64,000 bases of DNA from Octopus vulgaris (Eukaryota). The stretch covers positions 806,001-870,000 of the forward strand of contig OX597829.1 of the NCBI GenBank assembly GCA_951406725.2, given 5' to 3'. The translations under genes were made by a program, and so were the position numbers. Under the pieces are notes generated by a model. It ran no database searches. It saw only the letters and a list, made by a program, of their open reading frames with translations, and was not told the DNA's origin. Shown here piece by piece: positions 1 to 12,762 of this stretch; position 1 is the first letter of the stretch; each line of letters opens with the position of its first letter.

Positions 1-686
1 CTATGAAGAACAATTGAATTAACTTCTTCACTAAAATCCACGTCAAACGACCAGAGAAGTTGGCGGATCGGATGGATTGTGATAAAAAAAAACTGTGGTG
101 AACCACATTCACTCAACAGGCAAAGTTCAGAAACTCAGCGCTTGGGTGCCACACATTTGAACGAAAACGACAAAAGTCAACGCTCCACAATCGCCGCCAC
201 TTTGCTCGCTCGACGTCGCTCAACACATGGTCACAAGTAACGTTTTCCTTACTGCATTGTCATTGGAGATGAAAAATGGTGTCTTTACATCAATATACAT
301 CAGCGACAAGAATGACTCAGCCCCGACAAACAAGTGACTTCGCGTGCAAAACAGACCTTCCTCCTTGAAAGATGTTGAGTGTCTGGTGGAACAGGGAAAG
401 CACAATTCATAACGAACTGCTTGAGCGCAACCAAACACTCAATGCAGGGCTTTACGTTCAACAATTGCACCGACTCAACGAAGCAATTCAGCAAAAAAGA
501 CCGAATAGGCGAAACGGCATTCTTCTGCAACACAACTCCCGTCCTCACATCACCGATATGATCAGAGCCACGTCTCGAATGGGAAATGCTGTCTCATCCT
601 TCATAATCTTCAGACTTGGCACCGTCAGATTTTCATCGCTTTCGACCGCTATCGAACGCATTGCGTGGTGCATCGTTCAATAATGA
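1..686 (+). mobile_element. Degenerate mariner transposase remnant
   Basis: Broken frames give WVPH, IVIGDEKWCLY, MLSVWWN, ILLQHN and SDLAPSDFHRF (YSPDLAPSD-like); many stops and frameshifts. Confidence 0.85.
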
Positions 687-688
687 TA

Positions 689-913
689 AGAGCTGGCAGA
701 AACATTAGCACGTCTGGCAAAATTCGTAGCCGTATTTCGTCTGTCGATACGTTCTGAGTTCAAATTCCGCCGAGGTCGACATTGCCTTTCATCCTTTCGT
801 GGTCGATTAAATAAGTACCACTTACGCACTGGGGTCGATGTAATTGACTTAATACCTATGTCTGTCCATGTTCGTCCCCTCTATGTGTAGCCCCTTTTGG
901 GTAGTAAAGAAAT
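689..913 (+). mobile_element. tRNA-derived SINE, family A
   Basis: A-box-like AGCTGGCAGAA, B-box-like GAGTTCAAATTCC, core GCCTTTCATCC..GGTCGAT..AAGTACC, tail GTAAAGAAAT; at least 6 near-full copies in the window. Confidence 0.9.
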
Positions 914-1011
914 CAATAATGATGTGGAATTGAGATAAGAGAAGAAATAAATCAATAGTTAAGTAACGGGCTAAGTAACGGTAAACACAAAGTGAATGAC
1001 ACACAGACATA

Positions 1012-1105
1012 GATATACACTTGGCCAAATTGCAACGCACTGGGACTGAACTTGGAACTATATTGTTGGGAAGCAAGGTTCTTACCACACAACCACGACT
1101 GCGCG
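1012..1105 (-). mobile_element. CORE-type SINE family B, head fragment
   Basis: Reverse complement matches the head of the complete copy at 45043. Confidence 0.75.
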
Positions 1106-1140
1106 TGTATGTATGCATGTATGTATATATATATATATAT

Positions 1141-1247
<107 letters not shown>

Positions 1248-1364
1248 TATATATTTGATCTGAATCGTGTGCTGAAACGAAAACAATTGCAGCGTGGAAG
1301 GTGTTTATAAGCCATTTAAGGAACACACAAAAGCCGTTCGATTCACTTCAACATTTAAGTTTAA

Positions 1365-1414
1365 TTTGTCAAAATATTTTCGTAGCTAAAATCCGCGACC
1401 TGTTCACTGACAAA
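1365..1414 (-). ncRNA. Hammerhead-like motif, G3-C8 variant (left arm)
   Basis: Mirror of 1441-1490, one stem II mismatch. Confidence 0.6.
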
Positions 1415-1440
1415 GTCCGCAGCACGGATGCAGCACGGAC

Positions 1441-1490
1441 TTTGTCAGTGAACAGGTCGCGGATTTTAGCGACGAAAATATTTTGACAAA
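1441..1490 (+). ncRNA. Type I hammerhead-like motif, G3-C8 variant
   Basis: Stem I TTTGTCA/TGACAAA; core GTGAACA plus extra G; stem II GTCGC/GCGAC; GAA; palindromic stem III AATATT; triplet UUU. Confidence 0.65.
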
Positions 1491-1567
1491 TTAAACTTAA
1501 ATGTTGGAGTGAATCGAACGGCTTTTGTGTGTTTCTTAAATGGCTCATAAACACCTTCCACACTGCA

Positions 1568-1610
<43 letters not shown>

Positions 1611-1815
1611 GAGAGAGAGATGTATATGACCGAAGAGAGGATAACCACTCCGAAATGCTAGGTAGGTCTAGGTAGGTGGCACTGCGAGCTGATCTGTCAA
1701 TAAGCGAAATGTATTTTCAGTGAGTAGCTTGTTCACAGGTTCGAATGTGCCTCAGATATATTCGGACTGATAACATTACAGTTTTATTTATCGCTGCTTA
1801 GCGCCCCCCTCAGTA

Positions 1816-1819
<4 letters not shown>

Positions 1820-1850
<31 letters not shown>

Positions 1851-1916
1851 TTTATGTATGTATGTATGTATGTATGTATGTATGTATGTATGTATGTATG
1901 TATGTATGTATGTATG

Positions 1917-1948
<32 letters not shown>

Positions 1949-2907
1949 TGTATGTATGTATGTATGTATGTATGTATGTATGTATGTATGTATGTATGTA
2001 TGTATGTATGTATGTATGTATGTATGTATGTATGTATGTATGTATGTATGTATGTATGTATGTATGTATGTATGTATGTATGTATGTATGTATGTATGTA
2101 TGTATGTATGTATGTATGTATGTATGTATGTATGTATGTATGTATGTATGTATGTATGTATGTATGTATGTATGTATGTATGTATGTATGTATGTATGTA
2201 TGTATGTATGTATGTATGTATGTATGTATGTATGTATGTATGTATGTATGTATGTATGTATGTATGTATGTATGTATGTATGTATGTATGTATGTATGTA
2301 TGTATGTATGTATGTATGTATGTATGTATGTATGTATGTATGTATGTATGTATGTATGCATGCATGTATGTATGTATGTATGTATTAAGTATGTATGCAT
2401 GTATGTATGTATGTATGTATGTATGTATGTATGTATGCATGCATGTATGTATGTATGTATGCATGTATGTATGTATGTATGTATGTATGTATGTATGTAT
2501 GTATGTATGTATGTATGTATGTATGTATGTATGTATGTATGTATGTATGTATGTATGTATGTATGTATGTATGTATGTATGTATGTATGTATGTATGTAT
2601 GTATGTATGTATGTATGTATGTATGTATGTATGTATGTATGTATGTATGTATGTATGTATGTATGTATGTATGTATGTATGTATGTATGTATGTATGTAT
2701 GTATGTATGTATGTATGTATGTATGTATGTATGTATGTATGTATGTATGTATGTATGTATGTATGTATGTATGTATGTATGTATGTATGTATGTATGTAT
2801 GTATGTATGTATGTATGTATGTATGTATGTATGTATGTATGTATGTATGTATGTATGTATGTATGTATGTATGTATGTATGTATATATGTATGTATATAT
2901 GTATGTA

Positions 2908-2943
<36 letters not shown>

Positions 2944-2989
2944 TATATGTATGTATATATGTATGTATATATGTATGTATATATGTATG

Positions 2990-3023
<34 letters not shown>

Positions 3024-3233
3024 TGTATGTATATATGTATGTATATATGTATGTATGTATGTATGTATGCATGGATGTATGTACGTATGTATGAATGTAT
3101 GTATGTATGTATGTATGTATATATGTATGTATATATGTATGTATATATGTATGTATATATGTATGTATGAATGTATGTATGTATGTATGTATGTATGTAT
3201 ATATGTATGTATATATGTATGTATGAATGTATG

Positions 3234-3267
<34 letters not shown>

Positions 3268-3278
3268 TGTATGTATAA

Positions 3279-3311
<33 letters not shown>

Positions 3312-3884
3312 TGTATGTATGTATGTATGTATGTATGTATGTATGTATGTATGTATGTATGTATGTATGTATGTATGTATGTATGTATGTATGTATGTAT
3401 GTATGTATGTATGTATGTATGTATGTATGTATGTATGTATGTATGTATGTATGTATGTATGTGTGTGTATGTATGTATGTATGTATGTATGTATGTATGT
3501 ATGTATGTATGTATGTATGTATGTATGTATGTATGTATGTATGTATGTATGTATGTATGTATGTATGTATGCATGTATGTATTTATGTATGTATGTATTT
3601 ATGTATGTATGTATGTATGTATGTATGTATGTATGTATGTATGTATGTATGTATGTATGTATGTATGTATGTATGTATGTATGTGTGTGTGTATGTATGT
3701 ATGTATGTATGTATGCATGCATGTATGTATATGTATGTATGTATGTATGTATGTGTGTATGTGTGTATGTGTGTATGTATGTATGTATGTATGTATGTAT
3801 GTATGTATGTGTGTGTGTATGTATGTATGTATGTATTAAGTATGTATGTATGTATGTATTTATGTATGTATGTATGTATGTATG

Positions 3885-3915
<31 letters not shown>

Positions 3916-3988
3916 TTATGTATGTATGTATGTATGTATGTATGTATGTATGTATGTATGTGTGTGTGTATGTATGTATGTATGTATG

Positions 3989-4022
<34 letters not shown>

Positions 4023-4275
4023 TGTATTAAGTATGTATGTATGCATGCATGTATGTATGTATGTATGTATGTATGTATGTTTGTATGTATGTATGTGTAT
4101 GTATGTATGTATGTATGTATGTATGTATTAAGTATGTATGTATGCATGCATGTATGTATGTATGTATGTATGTACGTATGTATGTATTAAGTATGTATGT
4201 ATGCATGCATGTGTGTGTGTATGTATGTATGTATGTATGTATGTTTGTATGTATGTATGTATGTATGTATGTATG

Positions 4276-4309
<34 letters not shown>

Positions 4310-5280
4310 TGTATGTATTAAGTATGTATTAAGTATGTAGGTATGTATGTATGTATGTATTAAGTATGTATGTATGCATGCATGTATGTATGTATGTATG
4401 TATTAAGTATGTATGTATGTATGTATGTATGTATGTATGTATGTATGTATGTATGTGTGTATGTATGTGTGTATGTATGTATGTGTGTATGTATGTATGT
4501 ATGTATGTATGTATGTATGTATGTATGTATGTATGTATGTATGTATGTGTATGTATGTATGTATGTATGTATGTATGTATGTATGTATGTATGTATGTAT
4601 GTAGGTATGTATGTATGTATGTATTAAGTATGTATGTATGTATGTATGTATGTATGTATGTGTGTGTGTATGTATGTATGTATGTATATATGTATGTATG
4701 TATGTATTAAGTATGTATGTATGCATGCATGTATGTATGTATGTATGTATGTATGTATGTATGTGTGTGTGTATGTATGTATGTATGTATATATGTATGT
4801 ATGTATGTATTAAGTATGTATGTATGCATGCATGTATGTATGTATGTATGTATTAAGTATGTATGTATGTATGTATATATGTATGTATGTATGTGTGTAT
4901 GTATGTTTGTGTGTATGTATGTATGTATGTAGGTATGTATGTATGTATGTATTAAGTATGTATGTATGTATGTATGTATGTATGTATGTGTGTGTGTATG
5001 TATGTATGTATGTATATATGTATGTATGTATGTATTAAGTATGTATGTATGTATGTATGTATGTATGTATGTATGTATGTATGTATGTGTGTGTGTATGT
5101 ATGTATGTATATATGTATGTATGTATGTATTAAGTATGTATGTATGCATGCATGTATGTATGTATGTATGTATTAAGTATGTATGTATGTATGTATATAT
5201 GTATGTATGTATGTGTGTATGTATGTTTGTGTGTATGTATGTATGTATGCATGTATGTGTGTATGTGTGTACGTATGCAA
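1820..5280. repeat. ~3.45-kb (TATG)n array with variant units
   Basis: Direct reading; variants TATTAAG, TGCATGCA, TAGG. Confidence 0.98.
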
Positions 5281-5374
5281 ATATATATATATATTTAGAG
5301 AGAGAGAGAGATACACACACGTACACACATATATCAATCTATCTATATGTCTATATATACATAATAAAATAAAT

Positions 5375-5622
5375 AAATGCGGCCTTTTAAAGCCTAGCCA
5401 GGCTCATGGGACTGGTTTCCCGGTTTCTATGGCGTATGTGTTCCCCAGTTGGACGGGACGCCAGTCCATCGCAGCGTTACTCATTTTTGCCAGCTGAGTG
5501 GACTGGAGCAACGTGAAGTGAAGTGTTTTGCTCAAGGACACAACGCGTCGCCCGGTCCAGGAATCGAAACCACAATCTTACGATCATGATGCTGACACCC
5601 TAAGCACTAAGCCACGCGCCTC
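5375..5622 (-). mobile_element. tRNA-derived SINE, family C (CORE-like plus V-like domain)
   Basis: Reverse strand GGCGCGTGGCTTAGTG..GGTTTCGATTCC..GTGTCCTTGAGCAAAACACTT..GATGGACTGGCGTCCCGTCCA. Confidence 0.85.
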
Positions 5623-5659
5623 AACATATATACATAATGCATATGTATATATTTGTATG

Positions 5660-5691
<32 letters not shown>

Positions 5692-5718
5692 TATATGAAT
5701 ATATATATGAATATTGAT

Positions 5719-5910
5719 ATAGAAATCGTTTTATTTATTTAGTGTCTTTCGAAAGCACAATTTCCCTGAATCCGAGATAAGAGACAATATTGGTCTCCTT
5801 CTTCAAGACACAATATGGTCTCCTTATTTGAATGGAAATTGTGCCTTTCGAAACACGTGTAGAATGCAATAAAACGATTTCTGTTCAATCTTCGTTCAAC
5901 TCCATTTCTT
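5719..5910. repeat. Degenerate inverted repeat related to the HHR element at 11040-11175
   Basis: Arms AGAAATCGTTTTATT/AATAAAACGATTTCT and GCACAATTTCC/GGAAATTGTGC; shares ATGGTCTCCTTATT; contains GAAACACGTGTA. Confidence 0.65.
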
Positions 5911-6084
5911 CAATTCACTAATAATATTAAAATTCAATTATCCGCACCAACGCACGGTTGCAACACCATATGGTTGTACCTCCAACCGTGCTGTCTTCTG
6001 CTGTGATTTTTGCTACCAAGGTATCGGTTAAACTTTTGATTAGTCTGGAACAAGATTATTCATCTTTCTATTTCACAATATATT

Positions 6085-6140
<56 letters not shown>

Positions 6141-6144
<4 letters not shown>

Positions 6145-6424
6145 CATGATCACCGTGACCGACCAGGCTATTATATGCTGCTACACATCGCTGGCCACAA
6201 TGCGCTTCGCATTGTTTTAGCCTTCAAATGACGCCATCCCGTTGGCTAAGCGAGCAGGCCAACAGAAGAAAGAGTGAGGGTAAGTTCTGGCGAAAGAGTA
6301 CAGCAGGGATCGCCACCACCCACTGCCGGTGCAATAAACACTCACAACGCCCGGTCTGGGAATCGAAACCGCGATCCTATAACCACGATTCCTCTGCCCT
6401 AACCACTGGGCCATTGCGCCTCCA
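6141..6424 (-). mobile_element. tRNA-derived SINE, family D
   Basis: Homologous to 46264-46575 with a ~30-bp internal deletion; A box TGGCCCAGTGG, B box GGTTTCGATTCC. Confidence 0.9.
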
Positions 6425-6426
6425 CT

Positions 6427-6466
<40 letters not shown>

Positions 6467-7053
6467 TATATATGAAAGCATTTTTCTCTTTGTTTGCTGT
6501 TCTCGCAAGCGCAGCTCAAAATTAGTACCAAATCCAAATTATCAAGTCGTTTTCGTCATTAATACTCACAAGCTTGTCCATGCTTAATCGTCGAAGATAT
6601 TTCTTAAGCGTTATTAAACATGGATGCATTTTTGATATATGAATTTAGTTGTCACACTGTATAGATTAAACTTAGACAATGCAATAAAAAAAAAAAGCAA
6701 ACACGAAGCAAACAGAAATATTCCATTACATACATATTAAGACGTATTGTCATCCGGCACGAGAAAATGTCATCAATTCCTTTTGTACCAACAATTAATG
6801 AGCTACGAAACATTTCTAAAATTCTACTGCAAAGATTTTGCAAGAATGACATTTCCGATTATTAGACATTGTGTTTCTATAAAGTTCGTTAGTGCTGTTT
6901 CTGGAAATGCCTCTTTTACTCAATACCATTCTTATTGGAAAACGGAATAATTAACCGTTTTCAAGAATATATTTCATGTGTCATAAAGCATTTTCTGCGT
7001 CCCAGCCATTCCGCTTTACTAATTTTCATGGTTAAACGGGTTTACTTACCAAA

Positions 7054-7074
7054 TTATCATCATCATCGTCGTCC

Positions 7075-7138
<64 letters not shown>

Positions 7139-7217
7139 TATCATCATCATCATCATCAGCATCATCATCATCATCATTATTATTATTATTATTATTAATA
7201 TTATCATCATCATCATC
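7054..7217. repeat. (CAT)n/(TAT)n microsatellite
   Basis: Direct reading. Confidence 0.95.
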
Positions 7218-7239
7218 TTTACAAAATTATGAATTTTGA

Positions 7240-8960
7240 TAATGCCGGACCTCTTCACATGTTTCAATAATGGTTCCATGCTATATTTTCCTTTGCTCGA
7301 TACAATCCTGACAACTGGTCAAACCTGTCCCACCCTTTTTTCTGGACAAGTACGGCCTATCGGAGTCACTCTCGGAGTTGAAGGCTCCGTGCATTGTCAA
7401 TATTTTTCTTGTTTTGTTACCTACCCATGTTAATCACTTCTTTCCACCTCATTTCTGAAGTGATGCTATCACCCATGTATTAAATTCTTGGATTTTATTC
7501 CATCCGGTCAATTTTGAGCGCAACTTTGAGCGCAATATTTCTTAGTCTTCGGAAATATTCCATCCTCTGTTGTTCTTTCATTTCCTTCTTCATTATCTTG
7601 TTGAACTCTAGTATGTCAAGTTATATGTAGCCTTCTTTTTCAATTTATTTAGTCAGTTCTCTATTCGGTAATTCTCTCCAAGCTACGGAATGTACCGTTT
7701 CTCTTTTCAGGTATATTATTCCATTTTAATATCAGCACTAAAACAGTGGACCGTTTTCACTAAAGAAATACATTGCGCCTCATTCTTGCCATGCGGCATC
7801 AAATCATTTTTGAAGAGGGATCATACAGAGGACAAAAATCAACAGAGATGATAAGCTGTCACCTTGGAAGGTCCCTCTTCTGATGCCCAGAGTGTCCAAG
7901 CTTTATCCATTGGATGTCAAATCAGTTTTCCACCCCACCCTACTTCTCTTCAGAAAACAAGTTACATTCCTCGCAATTCCAAACAAATCGAAACACTCGA
8001 TGGTCCACGAATGTGGAATTATATCATCAACTTTGCGATAATCAACCCCAAATTTCTCCTTCGTTTACAATCTTGCATTACCATTTTGTCTATCAATAAC
8101 TGGTCTTTGCTATCTCCGCAACTCCTCCTACAACCTTTTTGTTCCATCGGTAACATATCGTTCTCATCAAGAAATTTGTACAGTTGTTCTGCAATTCCTC
8201 CTGACAACAACTTCCACATTAATGAGGGGCAAGAGATTGGCCTGTAATTGTAAGTAGCATATCCCTTTGATGCATCCTTCACGCACAACACTGTTCATCC
8301 CTTTGTCAACCAACCCGAGATTTCTTCTTCTTCATTGATCGATGCATTAAATTGTTCTGTGATCAATTTATGGCATCTATTTAATTTTTTTACATCCCAA
8401 ATCCATCAGGTCCGGCTGCTCTCCAATTGCTTATCTTTTTACTCGTATTTCTGATGCTGTTTTCTGTGAAGTGGGTAGCCTTTCGTTAGGGATGAAAAAA
8501 GCTGTTTACTTCAGACCGCAGAGCCATTCAGCTGCGGTATTATGTTGTTTTTATTTACTCTATAACTTACACCAGAACTGTCGACATCAGGAACTAATCT
8601 TTCACATTCTATATCATCATCAATTTCTTGATAATATCTCTCTTGGTCGATTCTAAACAATTGGTTCTGCCGGTATGGTTTAAGGCGGCGAGCTGACAGA
8701 AACGTTAGCACGCAGGGCGAAATGCTTAGCCGTAGTTCGTCTGCCGTTACGTTCTGAGTTCAAATTCCGCCGAGGTCGACTTTGCCTTTCATCCTTTCGG
8801 GGTCGATAAATAAGTACCAGTTACGCACTGGGATCGATATAATCCGTATGTCTTTCCTTGTTTATCCCCTCTGTGTTTAGCCCCTTGTGGGCAGTAAAGA
8901 AATAGGTATTGTTTAATCCGTTGTTCAAATCCAGCTGGCTTTTTTTGTACTATTATCATT
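7240..8960 (-). mobile_element. Degenerate R4/Dong-like non-LTR RT region, interrupted by a SINE
   Basis: [37 protein letters not shown]; many frameshifts. Confidence 0.8.
8684..8904 (+). mobile_element. SINE family A, full length with 12-bp TSD
   Basis: GGTATGGTTTAA (8672-8683) and GGTATTGTTTAA (8905-8916). Confidence 0.92.
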
Positions 8961-8970
8961 CGGAATCATC

Positions 8971-9172
8971 GAAATGATAGCACGTCTCACAAAATGCGTA
9001 GCGGTGTTTCCTCCGACTTTACGTTCAGAGCGCAAATTCTACAAACGCCGACTTTGCCTTTCATCCTTTCGGGGGGGGGGGGAGGGTAAAATAAGTACCA
9101 GCACGGGGGTTGTTGCAATCTACTAACACCACTTCTGTCAAAGAATACTGACCTTGTGCCAAAATATGAAAA
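8971..9172 (+). mobile_element. Diverged family A-like SINE
   Basis: GACTTTGCCTTTCATCCTTTCGGGG..AAATAAGTACCAG. Confidence 0.7.
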
Positions 9173-9225
9173 CCATTACTATTGTTATTATTTGGCTGGA
9201 GCTTCAGAAATAAATACTATGCAAT

Positions 9226-9352
9226 ATGTGTGTGTGTGTGTGTGTGTGTATGTGTGTGTATGTGTATGAGTGTATGTGTGTGTGTGTGTGTAAAGTTAGA
9301 TAGATAGATCGAGAGATATATAGATTGATATATAGATAGGTAGACACACAAT

Positions 9353-9408
<56 letters not shown>

Positions 9409-9426
9409 AAGAAAGATAGAGAGATG

Positions 9427-9524
<98 letters not shown>

Positions 9525-9530
9525 TAGACA
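9226..9530. repeat. (TG)n/(GATA)n/(GA)n compound microsatellite
   Basis: Direct reading. Confidence 0.95.
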
Positions 9531-10059
9531 GGTTGTACACCTTAACCGCGTTTTGTCTTCTGTACTTCCATTGAAAAGACCAAACACAGATGTTCACTCA
9601 TCTTTATCAAATATCTGTAACTGCTGTTAATTAAAGCAGGGATAATATTGTGTGCAGCTGTGGAGTGCCTGTCTGCGTATGTCGTCGGTTAAATGGCGGA
9701 AATTGCAAGATTGAATACGGAACTAAACTACGAGATCAGGAGATGACGAGATCAAATCTGCCGCAGGCGTATATTTCTCGTTCCCAGCAACACGCTTAAT
9801 GACGTTCTTAATTCATGGAGGCTGCTTGTCATGAATTGGGATGTCCTGTCCGATCTCCCATGAATGCTACGCTCCGTAAGGAACTTCAAGTAACCTGGAG
9901 AACGTAACATGAAAACAGGAAGCAATTCTCATTGATACTTCCTGCTAAAATATTTTGTTTTGTATATGAAGTATCTATGGATATCCATACACACGTTATA
10001 TGCGGTCAGACGCACGCTTGCATGCACATGTGTATGTGCGTGTGTGTGTGTGTGTGTGT

Positions 10060-10106
<47 letters not shown>

Positions 10107-10184
10107 AGCGCGCGTGCGAAGGCAGTACATTTATATATAAGCTTATATCTATATGTGAATGAATAGTCGAAGGTATACACACAT

Positions 10185-10254
<70 letters not shown>

Positions 10255-10388
10255 TCGTTAATTTAAAAATGAAATAACGTTTTTGTTTTTTCTCCATGTT
10301 AATATATGGACAATTAAGGTGGTTTTAGAGTCAGATCATAGCTGCTATTTTCAGCATGGTGGTATCTCGTAGATACCCTAATTTATAA

Positions 10389-10437
<49 letters not shown>

Positions 10438-10468
10438 GTGTATCTATATCTAACCATCTATCTCTGAA

Positions 10469-10745
10469 TGGTAAAAAGATTGCTTCTCAACCACATGGAT
10501 CTGGGTTCAGTCCCACTGCGTGGCACCTTGGACAAATGGCTTCTATTGTAGCCTCTTATTGACCAAAACTGAAAGAAGCCCGTCGTATATGTATATGTAT
10601 ATATATATATCTGTGAGTGTGTGTGTCTCTATGTCTGTGTGTGTTCCCCATCACCGCATGAATAAGTAGATTTGTTCGACTAAAATCCTTCAAAGCGGTG
10701 CCCCAGCATGGCCGCAGTCAAATGACTGAAACAAGTGAAGGACAA
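10469..10745 (+). mobile_element. CORE-type SINE family B, internally deleted
   Basis: GTTCAGTCCCACTGCGTGGCACCTTGGACAA; tail GCGGTGCCCCAGCATGGCCGCAGTCAAATGACTGAAAC. Confidence 0.85.
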
Positions 10746-10750
10746 AAGAA

Positions 10751-10782
<32 letters not shown>

Positions 10783-11082
10783 GTGTGTGTATGTGTGTGT
10801 GTCTGTGTGTTTATATACATATATATGTATATACAGACATGCTAGTATATATATATATATATTTTTTTTTTTTATTGAAATGGATAAATGAATTATCTTG
10901 TTACGGATTATTCAAAATTTAACCGATACCTGGGTAGCAAAAATCACAACAGAAAAAACACGGTTGAGGTTACGACCATGGGGTGTCGCAACCGTGCCTT
11001 AGCGCGGATAATTGAATTTTTATATATTTAGTGAAGGGAAGAAATGGAGCTGAACGAAAATTCTACAAAATTCCTTTTTATT

Positions 11083-11168
11083 ATTTTCTACGCATGTTTC
11101 AAAGGCTGCAAATTTCCAAATTCAGATTGAATAAGGAGACCATTTTGCAGCTTTCTCTTCAGGAAAAT
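11083..11168 (-). ncRNA. Canonical type I hammerhead ribozyme fold
   Basis: Minus strand ATTTTC-CTGAAGA-GAAAGCTGCAAA..TTTGCAGCCTTT-GAAAC-ATGC-GTA-GAAAAT. Confidence 0.8.
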
Positions 11169-11205
11169 CCAGGAATTTAAATCTCCAAACAAATGCGCAG
11201 CAAGC

Positions 11206-11266
<61 letters not shown>

Positions 11267-11459
11267 TGAAAATTTACTATAGCGCCGTATATTATCGACT
11301 GCTATTTCCAGTGCATTGTTGTACCATTATCTTATTTATACTTTAACCTGATGGTGCTTTGTTTTACTTGGTAGCAATACTACTGTTTTTTTCTGGGGTT
11401 TCTTTGCACAAAATAACAAAGCGTGATCTTAATCAGTATGGGTATTAGTTAGCCGTGTC

Positions 11460-12394
11460 CTACCTGAGCATGCGCAAAAATTTCCGCGTCTGTAAATTGC
11501 GCCATTCACCCACTGTGACGTATTGAGTTCAGACGTGAAGAATGTGCCATGCGATTTTTCTTTTTGAGTCAATATGACCGACCGTATCAAATTCTGCCCC
11601 AAAACTTGGTGATACGCAAGCCCAGACTATTGAGAAGATTCAGAATGACTTTGGAGATGATGTTATGGGAAAAAACACAAATAAACCAGTTCAAAGATAG
11701 TCGCACCTCAGTGGTCAGTGAACCACGCTGTGGCCAGAAAATTAACAAACAATACTTCCTGGGGGATCTTCGCCTTCGTGAATCTGTGCGGCGGAAACGA
11801 CTCGACCTGTGCGCAGCAAAGAACTGGCAACTCCACCATGACAACGCACCCGCTCATTCCGCCTAAGTAATTTCTATTTTTCTCCTCTGGAAGCCATCTG
11901 CTCGCGATACCATAGAGCACACACTCTCCTATCCTGATGTAATCTCCAGGGATACAGGCATCCAGCAACAGGACCTCCGTAATGCTATGATGGACCGTGA
12001 GGTCTGGCGTAACATAGTAAATTCCATTGTCTCGACCATGGTCGAACAATGATGATGATTCCGCGTCAAGCAAAACACATCATTTGTTCGTCAGGCTTCC
12101 TACTCCCCAGACTTGGCTCCGTCTGACTTTTGGCTATTCCCAAAGTTCAAAAAAACACTCAGTGGTAAGATTTGAGTCAACAGAAAGCATTAAGCAAACT
12201 TGAAACGGCAAAGTGCTACAGTATCCCAAAAAGTGATTTCCAGAAATGTTTCAATCAGTGGCCGGAACGCTGGCGGAAGTGTGCAGACTCCCAAGTTCAA
12301 TACTTTGAAGGTGACTAAATCAAAATGGTGAGTTTTTAAAAATATTACTTGTGTTTTGGCCAAAGATCAGGTATGTTTTGATTACAACCTCGTA
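11460..12394 (+). mobile_element. Internally deleted mariner fossil
   Basis: IKFC..LGDTQAQTIEKIQNDFGDD, WQLHHDNAPAH, YSPDLAPSDFWLFPK, QYFEGD*; right end CCTCGTA; left boundary approximate. Confidence 0.88.
11865..12057 (+). mobile_element. RTE-like LINE 3' fragment with (GAT)n tail, nested in the mariner
   Basis: LLWKPS..MMDREVWRNIV; imperfect TSD ATTCCGCCT/ATTCCGCGT; second copy at 14446. Confidence 0.85.
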
Positions 12395-12444
12395 CAATAG
12401 CGAATATAATACCCATGCTACTGTAATATATACGTGTGCGTAGA

Positions 12445-12665
12445 GCGGCGAGCTGTCAGAATCGATAAGCTCGCCGGACGAAATGCCTGGCGGTATTTTG
12501 TCTGCCGTTACGTTCTGAGTTCAAATGCTGTCGAGGTTGACTTTGCTTTTCATCCTTTCGGGCTTGATTAAATAAGTACCAGTTACGCACTGAGGTCGAT
12601 GTAATTGACTCAATCCCTTTGTCCTTGTTTGTCCCCGTTATGTCCCTGTGGGCAATAAAGAAATA
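12445..12665 (+). mobile_element. SINE family A
   Basis: Homology to the 8684 copy. Confidence 0.88.
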
Positions 12666-12730
12666 AATATATTCGTGTGTGCGTGTATATATATATATAC
12701 ATGTATATATATATATATATGCATACAGAT

Positions 12731-12762
<32 letters not shown>

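Larger units (their letters stand above)
1283..1572. repeat. Near-perfect ~290-bp palindrome (arms ~137 bp)
   Basis: ACAATTGCAG..CAAAGTCCG mirrored by CGGACTTTG..CTGCAATTGT, few mismatches; TA repeats nearby on both sides. Confidence 0.95.

Noticed and set aside
1784-5372. Long ORFs (up to 596 aa) of MYVC/HTYI repeats
   Set aside because: Stop-free translations of (TATG)n; the same applies to the poly-YI, poly-H, poly-M, poly-I and LSIY ORFs throughout
9650-9910. Very old Tc1 remnant or host exon
   Set aside because: Only a faint PVRSP/LRKELQVTW resemblance; no continuous frame or splice pair
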